A stretch of 64,000 bases of DNA, taken from assembly GCF_018350175.1 (NCBI RefSeq), contig NC_058368.1:72480001-72544000 (forward strand). The letters are read 5' to 3'. Under the pieces are notes generated by a model that made no database searches, was not told the origin of the DNA, and was given only the letters and a program-made list of their open reading frames with translations. Both the position numbers and the translations under genes were made by a program. Origin of the DNA: Felis catus (Eukaryota). Each line of letters opens with the position of its first letter. The first letter of the stretch is position 1. This document shows positions 51,387-64,000 of this stretch, one piece after another.

Positions 51387-52312
51387 AGTTATTACTATTT
51401 TTATTTTTCAAATTTATATTCATTTAGTAATTAGAATATGATGAAATATCTTGGTTAGCATGTTTTTTATTCATTGAAATATTACAAGGCAATTTCTAGA
51501 ACAAGTGATAGCAAAAATATCACACGATTATGAGAACTAGGAGGGGTTTTAAACCTCTATTTGCCAAAGTTATGGAAATCAATGAATGCCAAGCTTGTGT
51601 TTCAGTAGCAATAGAAATTGTTACCTCTTTTAATATTTTCCATTTTCAAAATCTTCTGTGATGAAACAAAGTCATGTTTGCCTACAATTAACTTGTAATG
51701 AAGTATAAGATTTCATGCGGCAAAAATTCACTATAAATATTTTAAAAATTAATAGTTTTATTTCTCACTGTGATGGAATCATTTTAATAGACCAATGCCA
51801 TGGCCAAAGATAACAGGAAAAGCTGGATAAATCTGTCTGCAGGAATTGGGATGCTATTGAGACAACCAGGGTTCAAGGAGTCGAGATCTCAAAGAGAAGA
51901 AAAGCTAATTTAGATGTGAACCTGGTATTCTTTTTTGCTGATTTTTGCCTTGTACAGGGAAGGAGGGTGAGAAGCCAGCAGACTGTATAAAAACACAGAA
52001 CTTCCTGGAATCTTAAAAGCGTGGATACACAATACTTAATGTTGAAGCTGCTGAGACCACCAGGACCTGAGGGGTCAAATCTTGGAGATAAGGGAGGTGC
52101 AGAGAAGTAAGCCAAGTACTCCACCCTAGTTTTCTTTCCAAGGCACTTGCCAGTTTATGGGCAGTAAAAGATTAGAGACTAAGAAGCCAAGAAGAAAGTG
52201 ACTAACAAGCTGACTAACAGCTTTAGGGAATCATGGTGCTTAGGAGACAAACATTGAAATTTCAGGACCCACTGGGAACATGGATCCCACATCCTCATAG
52301 AAACCTGGAGAA

Positions 52313-52510
52313 GGGGAGCACCTGGGTGGCTCAGTTGGTTAAGCATCTGACTTTGGCTCGGGTCATGATCTTGCAGTTTGTGGGTTTGAGCCCCACATCA
52401 GGCTCTGTGCTGACAGTGTAGAGCTTGCTTGGGATTCTGTCTCTCTCTCCTTCTCTCTCTGGTCCTCCCTGACTTGTGCTTTCTCTCTCTCTTTCTCTCA
52501 AAATAAATAA

Positions 52511-52559
<49 letters not shown>
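52313..52559 (+). mobile_element. CanSINE with (AAAG)n tail
   Basis: Full body; tetranucleotide tail at about 52510-52559. Confidence 0.9.
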
Positions 52560-53570
52560 CCCAGAGAACTGTTTGTGAATCAGAGACAGATCAACAAATC
52601 GAACTTGCGAAGATTACAATTAATTGGACTCAGCTCAGTTGGTGAATTGGGTGGGATCTATCTCTAACATTGATACCTGCTAGAGGATAAGATAATTTAT
52701 CTCAGGAGAAATATTACACTGTTCAGAGCCTCTTTAGCATCCTGCACACTCAGTAAAAATGTGTCCACACAAACAACACAGACAAACAACAACCAGCTGG
52801 GAACATTTGGGAACATAGACAATAGAAACAGACCCATAGGGGACACTGGAATATAAGGTATATGTGATCTGTGTTTGCAAAAAGAAAGGACAAGATGTAG
52901 AATTTCAACATATATTTAGAATCAGTATGGGAATATAGTTACTGACAGCAAGAGCTCAAATGGACTTAACAGCAAATTGGGCATAACCGAAGAGAGAATT
53001 GGTCAAAAAGAATGAAAAACATGTATTTAATGGTGAAATGTTGAAAGCTTACCCCCCAAGATTAGGAACAAGACAAAGATGCCTGATCATACTACTGCTA
53101 TTCATCATTGCTGTTTTTTTTTTTTATAAAAAAAGCATAAGGGATGGAAAAGAAAAAATAAAGCCATCATTGTTCACCATGAAATGAATATGAATGTATG
53201 TGGCTGTATCTGTATATATCCAAAGGAATATCAGGCAAACCATTAAAACTATTAAATTTGGAAAGTTTTGAGAAAACAAGAATATTAGAAAAAACATCAA
53301 GTGTATAAGTTTATTCCAGCCACAGTGCTAGACACAAAAGAATATATCCCATATGATCCATTTACACAAATCTCAAAAAATTGATCGATAGTAATGGACG
53401 CTAGATTAGTGGATGTGTTTGGGGGCCGATGAGGGAGGCAGAAGAGGGATGTTTGGAAGCGTAGGTGATGTTTTATTGCTTCATTTGGGTATGACATGGA
53501 TATGTTCACCTCATTTATTGAGTCACACATTGATGATTTGTGCACCTCCCTGTATGTGTATTATAATGAT
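52560..53570 (+). mobile_element. Heavily deleted old LINE-1 (L1M) fragments
   Basis: Peptide FNGEMLKAYPPRLGTRQRC (52999-53187) is an L1 RT remnant; 3'UTR-like sequence at 53310-53570. Confidence 0.65.
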
Positions 53571-54312
53571 TCTGGGATTAATATGCCACAAATATGAGAC
53601 ACCTACATGAAATCTTAAAGTTTGAAAAGAAGAGCCATAATTAAAATTATGCTTAACACATTTTCCCCTCTTAATAAAAAGGAGTATCCATTAGAATCAA
53701 AAAAAGGATAATTTTAGTTTTAGAATCTTATTGGCTTTTGAACATCTGCTCACTTTTGTCGTTCACAGGTTTTTAATGTTTATTGAAATTCAAATGTGAA
53801 AACACATCTGTTTCTCTGATTCATATTTTTATGGTGAATTCTGAAATGAGGCAATTGTTGTGAACCAAGAAACCATTCAAAACACAAGTACATGTCTTCA
53901 TATTATTTATGGGAAAGAAGTGTACAATAAAGTCCTGAAATCAGCAACTTGTATGTTGGCTTGTTTACATGAGAATTTATATTAAATATGTACTTTTCTA
54001 CTCACATATTTATTTTTCATTTAGAGTATAAGACCAATGTAAGTAGGGTCCCTAAATAAAAGTGAAAAAAAAGGAAGCATCAAGAGCTGGGTTATCTTTT
54101 AAATTAGAAGTAGATTTTTTAATAGTGTAATGTATTGGCCTTGTGGATGATAATATTGCTTGTGGGAATTTTATACTTCTTTGTACATTCTCCTTTCGAG
54201 TCAAATGAAGAAATGTCCGATCCCCTGCACACTGCTGTCATAACCTTAACGTGGACCTTAACATAACCTTAACATCATCTCTCAGTGTGTTGCTCTAAGA
54301 ACCTGTCACCCC

Positions 54313-54551
54313 GGGGGCACCTGGGTGGCTCGGTGGGTTAAGTGCCGTCCAACTTCGGCTCAGGTCGTGATCTCACAGTTCATGAGTTCGAGCCCCACGT
54401 TGGGCTCTGTGCTGACAGCTCAGAGCCTGGATCCTGCTTCAGATTCTGTCTCTATCTCTGTGTCTGTCTCTGTTTCCTTCCCCTCCCCCACTCATACTCT
54501 GTTTGTTTCTCCAAAACTAAATAAACATTAAAAACAAATAAGAAAAAGAAA
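54313..54551 (+). mobile_element. CanSINE
   Basis: TSD AAGAACCTGTCACC at 54297-54310 and 54552-54565. Confidence 0.92.
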
Positions 54552-55139
54552 AAGAACCTGTCACCTGGTTCCTCTGTTACTTGTCTTGTGCACTTTGATT
54601 TATGTGTTCTCCATACTGCTGTCAAGGCATTCTTGCCAGAATCCAAGTTTAATTTTCGAATTTTCCAGCTTAAAGCGCATTAAGCCTTCAGGAAAAGTCT
54701 AGACTCCTTTCCTCTCCCACACCCACTTAGGTGGGCTCCAGGACTCACTACAGGTGCCACCTTTTCCAAGAAACTGGCCAGATCCCTGTTCCCCCAGCTG
54801 CTTTTGCCACATTCTTACCATATTTTGCTGTAACAAGTAGGCTTCTTTGTCTGCTTAGCTCAATAAAGTGGGAGGTGCTTGAGGAGTAGAGAGAGGAAAA
54901 TGGGAAAGAGAGAGACTGGGAGACACAGTTGGCAGTTTTCCGAAAAATGCATGACTCTCTTGGGTTCACAGTGCTAGTGGGCCTCAGTTTTGTCATCAGA
55001 TCCTCAAATGCCCAGGAGATTTGTGACTAAGGTAACTACAATTGATACCCCATGCCATGGTTTTATATTTTGTCAGATATATACTCATAACACTAGAGGT
55101 GTGCCTTATTTTCTTTCCTTTAAGAAGAAGCAATAGTGT

Positions 55140-55414
55140 TGGTAGAAGGATGGGTTAAATAGGTAAAGGGAATTAAGAGGCACAAACTTCCGGTTATAAA
55201 ATAAATAAGTCTTGGAGATAAATACAGTGTAGGGAATATAGTCACGAATAATGTAATAACATTGTGTAGTGACAGATGGTGACTGCACTTAATGTGCTGA
55301 GCAGTAAATAGTGCAAAGAATTGTCGAGTCAGTGTGTTGTATACCTGAAACTAATACCACATCTCATGCTCTTAGACTTCAATAATAATAATAGTGATAA
55401 CAATAATAATAAAA
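55140..55414 (+). mobile_element. Short L1 3' end (carnivore/L1MA9-like)
   Basis: GGGAATTAAGAGGCACAAACTTCCGGTTATAAAATAAATAAGTC...TGTATACCTGAAACTAATA and an (AAT)n tail. Confidence 0.85.
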
Positions 55415-55654
55415 GTGTAGGGGCAATAGGTTAGTTTGTGTGTAAAATGAGCAAACTGGTTTGTGAATATGTTTGTAAGGACAATGGAATAAAGTTTATT
55501 TCTCCTATACTTGATAGTAGATACTTGGATGTTTCATTAGATATTTCCCCAGTCCCTCCCTTTGCATTGAGAGTGACTTTTATAGCATGACCCTTATTTC
55601 ATTTTGAAAAGCAAGAAATACATTTTATGCTGTTACTATTAATTACTTATTTGG

Positions 55655-56830
55655 TGGATGAAGGACTTAATGTGAGACAGGAAACCATCAAAACCCTAGA
55701 GGAGAAAGCAGGAAAAAACCTCTCTGACCTCAGCCACAGCAATCTCTTACTCGACACATCCCCAAAGGCAAGGGAATTAAAAGCAAAAATGAACTATTGG
55801 GACCTCATCAAGATAAAAAGCTTCTGCACTGCAAAGGAAACAATCAACAAAACTAAAAGGCAACCGACAGAATGGGAAAAGATATTTACAAATGACATAG
55901 CAGATAAAGGGCTAGTATCCAAAATCTATAAAGATCTCACCAAACTCCACACCTGAGAAACAAATAATCCAGTGAAGAAATGGGCAGAAGACATGAATAG
56001 ACACTTCTCTAAAGAAGACATCCAGATGGCGAACAGACACATGAAACGATGCTCAACATCACTCATCATCAGGGAAATACAAATCAAAACCACACTGAGA
56101 TACCACCTCACGCCAGTCAGAGTGGCTAAAATGAACAAATCAGGAGGCTGTAGATGCTGGCGAGGATGTGGAGAGGCGGGAACCCTCTTGCACTATTAGT
56201 GGGAATGCAAACTGGTGTAGCCGCTCTGGAAAACAGTGTGGAGATTCCTCAAAAAATTAAAAATAGATCTACCCTATGACCCAGCAATAGCACTGCCAGG
56301 AATTTACCCAAGGGATACAGGAGTGTTGGTGCATAGGGGCACTTGTACCCCAATGTTTACAGCAGCACTTTCAAAAATAGCCAAATTATGGAAAGAGCCT
56401 AAATGTCCATCAACTGATGAATGGATAAAGATATTGTGGTTTATATACACAATGGAATACTACTTGGCAATAAGAAAGAATGAAATATGGCCTTTGTAGC
56501 ACATGGATGGAACTGGAGAGTGTTATGCTAAGTGAAATAAGTCATACAGAGAAAGACAGATACCATATGTTTTCACTCATATGTGGATCCTGAGAAACTT
56601 AACAGAAGACCATGGGGGAGGGAAAAGGGGAAAAAAAGTTACAAAGAAGGAGGGAGGCAAACCATAAGAGACTCTTAAATACTGAGAACAAACTGAGGGT
56701 TGATGGGGGGTGGGGAGAGAGGAAAGTGGGTGATGGGCATTGAGGAGGGCACCTGTTGGGATGAGCACTGGGTGGGTATGGAAACCAATTTGACAATAAA
56801 TTATATTTAATATAAAAAATAAACGTAAAA
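55655..56830 (+). mobile_element. Young 5'-truncated Felidae-type LINE-1 (L1_Fc-like)
   Basis: ORF2 C-terminal peptides (LNVRQETIKTLEE...WDLIKIKSFCTAKET; IDLPYDPAIAL), G-rich 3'UTR, perfect 14-bp TSD AATTACTTATTTGG at 55641-55654 and 56831-56844. Confidence 0.95.
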
Positions 56831-56927
56831 AATTACTTATTTGGGGCATTTGTCCAAAATAAAGAATAGGTATAATCTACTTCTCTAAAATATACATTTT
56901 AAAATATACATATATAAAATGTACATT

Positions 56928-57120
56928 AAGCCAGATAGTTGATTGAATCCTGGCTCCACTATTTACTGACTGAATGACTGAGTAAATTACCCAAACTTTA
57001 TAAGTCATGTGTCTCATCTGCAAAAAAGGGACAAAATCAAGGCCTTATTCCATGAGGTCTTGGTGGAAGAGAAACAGCGGCATAGAGTATTTAGTTCAAC
57101 GCCAGGAAACTGGTCAAATG
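56928..57120 (+). mobile_element. MIR
   Basis: TTGAATCCTGGCTCCACTATTTACT...CTCATCTGCAAAA. Confidence 0.7.
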
Positions 57121-58084
57121 GGCATAGTCACATCACTCCCTCAGTGTAGAACTATTTTCTTGCAGACAGTTAACTTCAGGACATTTTCAGCAATTTCAGT
57201 CCAGCCACTGATATATGGAAAACATGTGGAAAAAAATAAACCATTTGTTTAATATCAGTGAAGGTCTCAGTGAATGTCTACTCCCTTACAAGTGCTTTGT
57301 TATAGTTATTTAAACATATCGGCTTCTAGAATGGAAAAAAAAGTGAGAGAAGGTTCAGGAAGTGTTCCCTCGGAAACACAAAATGTATAAGAAGGAAATG
57401 GGCTTTCCAAAATTGCCACTTTGATAACATAGATAGGTATTTGGTTTATCTAATCTGTTTTCTTATGTGGGAGGAATGGACATATTGCAAAAAGCAGTTG
57501 TTAGACATGCATATTTAAATGTAATAAAAAGCGAGGTGGTAGACGAGATAAATTTAGTCAAATTAATGCACTAATAATTTATCCTCAGAAAATGCAAATC
57601 CTCTTTATAGTTCTCCTCCTGCTCTACAAATGTGATTAAAGCATTGATAAAGCAGAAAAGTCACAGAACTGGAATTGAGAGAAATCTGATGTATAAGAGA
57701 AAGAAGCATTGACAATTTTAAGTTCCTCTCTTTTCTGTTTCTTAATTAATATCTCTTTATCTGTAGACCCAATTTTCACTTTCCCTTTCTGTGAAATGAA
57801 TCAGTAGATCTTATCTCTGTCCCTACATTTAAAACATCCAGTATTACTTCTAAATTCATTTGCTTCTCCTTTGTCAAATCAGATGGTCACATCTTACAAC
57901 TGATAGGCCACAATGTGATGCATGAGCTGACTGGTTTAGTGGCAGTTTTGTTACCATGGCCACGCCTTTCCCCATTGATTGCCACAAGTGGTAATTGGTA
58001 ATGCCCTTAAAATAAGCAATTGGAAACCTTATTATCCAGCAAATGTGACGCATCTTCATAGGGGAGCTTAAGGATCACCTTACT

Positions 58085-58263
58085 TAAAAAAAAATGTTTA
58101 TTTATTTTGAGGGGGTGGGGAAGGGCAGAGAGAGACTCCCAAGCAGGCTCCACACTGTCAGTACAGAACCCAATGCAGGGCTCAATCTCACAAACCATTA
58201 GATCATGACCTGAGCTGAAATCAAGAGTAGGAGGCTTAACCGACTGAGCCAACTAGTTGTCCC
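58085..58263 (-). mobile_element. CanSINE
   Basis: Antisense body CCCAAGCAGGCTCCACACTGTCAG...GACTGAGCCA. Confidence 0.88.
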
Positions 58264-58696
58264 AATACTCTACTTTTTAAAAGGTACTCATATTCTAATT
58301 TGTCTGCAATAGTTGACATTATTTTCCTCTCCTTTATGGAGAACTAGCCCTTGACCTTACTGAATATGCTCTTTGAGTAGTATAACATTTTTATTGCAGT
58401 TCCAAGTCTATGTAATATATTTTCACATCCTCCTCTTTTACTCCCCCCTTTCTGTCACTAAAATACATCTTAAACATATATTCGAGCTACTTTTTAGCTC
58501 AAATAGTGTTATGTTTATTAAAATATGTTTCTAGTATCACCACTGATAGAAAACCACCCCAAATGCAGAAAGGAAAGCACCTTGTCCTGGCCGTACACAT
58601 AATGAAGCTGATATAGTGACCATTGAATTTGAACTTTGCATATGAATATAATTGCTGTATTTTTATTGTTTGAAACCAGTGAGCTTTTAAAATTAT

Positions 58697-58910
58697 GGAG
58701 GCGCCTGGGTGGCTCAGTCGGTTGGGCATCCGACTTTGGCTCAGGTCGTGATCTCGCAGTCTGTGAGCTCAAGCCCCGCATCGGGCTCTGTGCTGATAGC
58801 TCAGAGCCTGGAGCCTGCTTTCGATTCTGTGTCTCCCTTTCTCTGTGCCCCTCCCCCGCTCATGCTCTCTCTCTCACTCTCAAAAATGAATAAATATTAA
58901 AAATTTTTTT
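58697..58910 (+). mobile_element. CanSINE
   Basis: Full body; TSD AAATTATG. Confidence 0.92.
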
Positions 58911-60842
58911 AAATTATGCTTAGCCTGGTTTGTCTTCAGTTTTTAATTCAAATTTCATGAAAATTTATCATTTTGTCTCTTAATAAAATTATTATTAACA
59001 TTTCATTTAATTCATTGTTTTAGGCCATTATCAAGTGTGACCCCTGTCTGCTGATCTGATGATATACTGACCCTGGGTAAACAGTCTAGTTGAACACATA
59101 TACCAAGTCTACAAACAAAGTCTAACACATACACCAAGAGTATGATTCTACCTTTGTTCTGAACTGCTCTTCACACAAAAAATAAACATTGTAAAAAAGC
59201 ATCTTATGATACATTCTTATCCCCATTCTGCATGTTACTATGGGTCCGTTTCTTTGACTTTGATGTATTTTATCATATGGAACTCCCCTTACACATTAGC
59301 TAAGTTTACCCAAACTATAGTAGTGGTTTCCTTTACAGTTAATAATATTTTCAGGTCCATTTAGTTTCTGCAAAAATTGGAATTCATACCGGAGTGTCTC
59401 TTTTGCCTCCTTGAGGCCATCAGTCTTTGCAGACTCGTTGGTTTGATTTAGAATTTGGACATTTTCTCCCCATGTTCTGTATGGTACCTAGAATGCTTTC
59501 CATATGTTTGAATATTAATGATTGCCTTTACAGATAATAAAGCAGAGTTCTCTATTAACTAATCTACATTAGAACAGTCCTGAGTGAAGGGAGTGTAGAG
59601 TTCCTCCAGATCCCCACATCTCTTCTTATCTCTTGGGTAGCACCAAGACAAAGCTCATTTATGAGAGTCCATGGGCAATTTTAAAAAAGTAATGTAGAAA
59701 GATGATTTTCTTTTTTCTTAGAGATGGCCTACTTACTGATTTAAGTGACTAAATCAGTGGTATCTCTCCACTGGGAGTAAATGCCCAATTAGTTAAGATT
59801 TAAGTAAATTAATCTACACTTGAAATTCTGTCAGGGGGAATTCAAATGTGTGCAGCAGAAGCTTTGGCTGGTACTAGGTATATCTGCTCCTTTAAAAAAA
59901 ATAAAACCATATTTTGGGATTAAGTCCAAGCACAGCTTAGGTCGTGAAACGGCTCCTGGAAGAATGAGCTTAATTAAAATGAATAACTTTCAAAGTGCTC
60001 CTAACTAAAATATTTATGTTATAATTTAAGATAAAATTATGTTGCATTGTTTACTCACATATGTAAAAAGAGGTGTAGACGAAAGACTGGAAGGAAATTC
60101 ATTGCAACATTAACTGTAATCACCCCCGAGTTTAAAGGGAATTTTACTGCCTTCTATGTAGGTATTTTCTCTTCATTTACATTGACCCTGTATTGACTTA
60201 TGATTATGTATTGTTTTGATAATAATATGTTTTATATCATTTGAATTCTAACTTATAAAATAAAAGGCACTCAGTATTCTAGTGCATTTATATGTGTGTA
60301 TATATAATATTTTCAAAATCTTGATTTGAAACTAGGGAAGAGATTTTTTTTAATAGATGGATAAGGGGAGTATACATTAAATAACATAATGAATGGGAGT
60401 CTTATTAGGGGCATAGAAGTGATAATGACTTGCAAAAGCCCTGCATTCAAGATGCAAATAAACAGCTGAGATTAAAAATTATAAAACAGACTTTAACACC
60501 ATGCAGCACATTTTAGAACCATATCTGTTAGACTAGAGCCCTGCCAAGGTTCTATTTTAAACATTTTAGTGATACCTAAGTCAAGCCTAAAGTAGTGATC
60601 AAATGCAGTGTTGAGGGAATGGCAGGCAGTGCTTCTTAGAGGAGGTAAAAACCATTGGTCATAAAGGATAAGTGTAGACTTGGGTGAAGTAATTTTCAGG
60701 TGAGATATGACGTATCTGTCATATGTATGTGTGTGCATGATGCCAGTGTGTTTGCACTTCTTGGAGGGGAGCAGTAAACAAGGGATAATGAACCCAGCCT
60801 TAGGTGAGCTCTGTTGCTAACTAAATTAAGGAGATGTGCCCT

Positions 60843-61060
60843 CACTGTTTTTAGCAGCCCAGCGAACATTTTGAACTGGACAGTTCTTTGTTATGGGGGC
60901 TGTCCTGTGCTTTGTAGGGTGTTTTTAACAGCATCCCTGGCCTCTACCCACTAAGATGCCAGTGGCACCTCCAACCCGTTGTCATACCCAAAAATGTCTC
61001 CAGACGCTTGTTGCCTGGGATGAGAGGCTGTGCTCTGTCTGGTTATCAGAGGTTAACTAT
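60843..61060 (-). mobile_element. MER20-like hAT-Charlie element
   Basis: GGGGCTGTCCTGTGC...CAGCATCCCTGGCCTCTACCCACT...AAAAATGTCTCCAGAC matches recalled MER20. Confidence 0.85.
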
Positions 61061-61789
61061 TTCTAGGAAAAGACTATCACCCAGAAGCTCTGTAATCTTT
61101 TCATATATAGTTTATGACATTCAACCGAAGAAATAGGAAACAGGACTAAGGAAATGAACAACAGGCAACAGAAACGGATGCATAAATGTCTCCTAGTTAT
61201 TGGGATTATCAGATACAGATATTGGAATAACTATAACAAATATATTCACAAAGAATATGTCAAGATGAGTAGTTGACAATATCCAGTTTGTAGCAGAGAG
61301 CTAAAAAAGGTTAGTTTTTATTTACTTTCACTCATGGTGGTTTGTTTCCTTGTGCATGCTTGTATTTCAGTCATGTGTTTATACATACTTAATCTTAGTT
61401 TCTGGAAAATCTTGAAGCCTAATTTCAGGACACTTTTCTTCTGCAAAGATTTGTGTTTGTTTCTCACAGGATACAACTGATCTTGGGTCTCTTTATTCCT
61501 CTTTATCCCTCTTTTCATGGTCCCCAGATAACGCGAGGAATCTCAGGTTCAACTTCTCTACTTTTACTGCTTAAAGTGCTCATACTTGCCTTGGGGTTTC
61601 TTAGAGAATTATGTATCTTGTGTACTTCATTGTAATATATCCTTTGTAATGCTATTTCAAAAAGTGAAAATTAATTTTAAAAAATCACATTTAAAATCAC
61701 GTGTCCCCACCAAAACAATAAATAAAGTTGAAAATAAGTGGAGCAAAAAGAAGAAACTAGATTTGGAAAAATTTTAGTTTAGAATGTTT

Positions 61790-61990
61790 TGTTTTTTAAG
61801 CTTATTTATTTGGGGGGGGGGCGCAGAGAGAGTTTATTTATTTATTTTGAGAGAAAGTGGGAGAGAGAAATTCCCAAGCAGGCTACACACTGTCAGCACA
61901 GAGCCAACATGGGCTTACAAACCGTGAGAGCAGGACCTGAGCTGAAATCAAGAGTTGAATGCTTAACAGACTGCGCCACCCAGGCACCCC
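61790..61990 (-). mobile_element. CanSINE with a duplicated 3' tail
   Basis: 18-bp TSD TTTTAGTTTAGAATGTTT at 61772-61789 and 61994-62011. Confidence 0.9.
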
Positions 61991-63573
61991 AAGTTTTAGT
62001 TTAGAATGTTTATTAACTATACTTCCCACAAAGCAGTTGTCATTTTCTTGCCGAAAAAAAAAGGGAATGTGCAAATTAAAATTGCCAGTGGAATTAATGC
62101 AATATCTCTTTACATAACACATCATGAGCAAGCAATCAATCCCTTGGACTCTCAGGCAATCAGATATATTTAAGCCAAAGATGATTCAAGATAAAAGTAA
62201 TCAGGGTTCCTCCAACACTGCTTTTTGTGTGATGTATTATTGTTTAAAACATCTAATCGCTTAGCCTTTATTTGTTTTCTTTTATTACCTCATTTCATTC
62301 CCTGAATAGCTTTAGCAGTAGTGATGTTAACTATTATTGCTGGGACTGATTGAATAGTCTCTTTCTTTTGATACATCAGGTGAAAGCAAAAGTCATTTCA
62401 CTGTCGAGCTGATACTGCAATTTCCTGTTACTTCAAAGAAGACGTTGCTTTCAAACAATGGCATGAATGTTTTTGACAATTAGCAATTACATGTGATTTT
62501 GTTTTGTTTTGTTTTTATTATCCCGTATTCACTTCTTTGATTTTATTGAAGATTTGGATGAGAGACACTTATAAGCACAGTTTAACTCATAAAATAAAGG
62601 GACTCAAAGTAAGCTTAGTTTCTATTTCAAACAAATGATATTTATCCTACATTTTCTATAGTCAGGGAGATGTGAAGGCTTGCATGAAGGACCAGCATTG
62701 CAAATGCCTTTATTTCCTGACATTTTTTCCATTGCCAATATAGACAGGTAGTCCCATGTAATTTGAGTGTTCTTTTTTTTTCCCAACACTCTCCTTCTCT
62801 TCCTGTTCTCTTAATTGAAAGAATATTTCCCTCTCTCCCTCCACTCCTATCTGTAAAGTACCCTTTTGATATTCTTATCAAAATTGAATGTTTCCACTTA
62901 TTTGGTAGAATCCTAGGAATGTAGAACACCCTGATTTATCTGGTCATCATTCAGTTTTCTAGGCAGCCAAGTTTAGCCGTGGACGTCTTTGTGGTCTCTC
63001 CTCTAAGTATTTAATTATCTTGAAAGTGAAAAAGACGCCAAGCAGTTTTGTTCTCATGTCTTCCCACAGTCTCTGAACTGTTTCCATGATTTTTAGCCAC
63101 AGTTTTTTTTTTTTGCCTTTACTGGCAATAATCATTAGGACATAATTTGAGAATGTATATATTTCCATAAATGTGGATCACTTATGGCCCCAGTAAGTTC
63201 CATCGTTTGGAATTGTATTTCTGTTTAACTACTTTTACTTCATAGCCAATGGCAGGAAGTCTTTCTCTATCTTAGTTTATCTAGAAAAGAAATTGGGAAT
63301 CACAAGCAGTTGGCTTTCTATTCGTGATGAAAGGCAACAATTTTAATATCTAAATATAGGTTGAATAAATTCATATGATGTTTATATGTGCATTGCATAG
63401 TAATATTCTTAGAGGAGAATATTGCAAGTAATACCATAGTAGCTGCCATTAGAGTCTAACAAATTATCCAACCTGGTCAGACATATTTGGAACATTTAAC
63501 TAGAAAACAGAACTGGTAGCTATAACTGATGCATGTTTGTGAATGAAATGCTATAGCTACACTTGAGACACTT

Positions 63574-63657
63574 TAGAGATCATTTAGTCTAATGACTAAA
63601 GATCATTAGTCATTAGACTAATGACTAAATTAGACTAGACTAGAGATCATTTAGTCT
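63574..63657. repeat. 17-bp direct repeat enclosing nested inverted repeats, inside a MIR-like fragment
   Basis: TAGAGATCATTTAGTCT at 63574 and 63641; 16-bp perfect inverted repeat at 63584-63599 / 63606-63621. Confidence 0.9.
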
Positions 63658-63729
63658 TTGCATAGAGAACAAGAAACTGAATCTGTGAAAAGTGAAAGTG
63701 ACTAGTCCAGGCTAGATAAAACCATTTAT

Positions 63730-64000
63730 TGAAAAATAAACCTTTCTCAACTGTAATGTGATGTCACCTCTGTCATAAGTCAACTGGCCTTATACTGTAT
63801 AGGTCTTCTTCCAGTGTTTTCATTTTGTTCCATTTGTCTATTTGTCTGGTATTTTATCAGGAATATATTCTTAAATACTGTAGCTTTATAGGAAGTCTAG
63901 TATTGTAATCTCTTCACCCATTTTTCTTCCATAACAATACTCTGGCTATTTTCATCCCTTTGCATTTACATACTATTAATAACTGAATACTTAGGGATGC
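63730..64000 (-). mobile_element. Old LINE-1 ORF2 fragment
   Basis: TTTTGTTCCATTTGTCTA...TACTGTAGCTTTATA...GGCTATTTT pattern. Confidence 0.65.

Larger units (their letters stand above)
6731..64000 (+). other. ITGBL1: Long downstream intron of ITGBL1 (partial, >57 kb)
   Basis: Starts GTAAGT; the expected next peptide (KCECGKCTCYPPG...) was not found by eye or in the ORF track (which omits ORFs under 60 aa). Confidence 0.75.

Noticed and set aside
60690..62390. Recursive splice sites (TTTTCAG|GTGAGA near 60699; CATCAG|GTGAAA near 62379)
   Set aside because: Weak pyrimidine tract in the first and weak donor in the second; not distinguishable from background without sawtooth RNA-seq.

Overview
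AT-rich mammalian genomic DNA from a felid, judged by the many carnivore tRNA-derived SINEs including young SINEC_Fc-type copies and a Felidae-type L1 3' end; the species cannot be determined from the sequence. The window lies inside the ITGBL1 (integrin beta-like 1) gene on the + strand. One 147-nt coding exon (6584-6730, EGF-like/integrin Cys-rich repeat, [27 protein letters not shown]...) is flanked by intron; I found no further ITGBL1 exon in the following ~57 kb. The rest is typical intronic repeat landscape: ~28 CanSINEs (many with TSDs), L1 fragments of several ages, L2/MIR, MaLR LTRs, hAT and Tigger-type DNA elements, and microsatellites. Repeat family names are from recall of consensus sequences, not a database search. 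I found no convincing new biological system. The most noteworthy structures are a higher-order repeat/spacer array built from an old L1 fragment (12189-12887), a twin-priming inverted L1 with a nested MITE (13945-14629), a candidate in-frame cryptic exon in a CpG-retaining block (~30205), a perfect IR-1 nuclear-receptor palindrome (3667-3685) and a fold-back templated-insertion scar (63574-63657).
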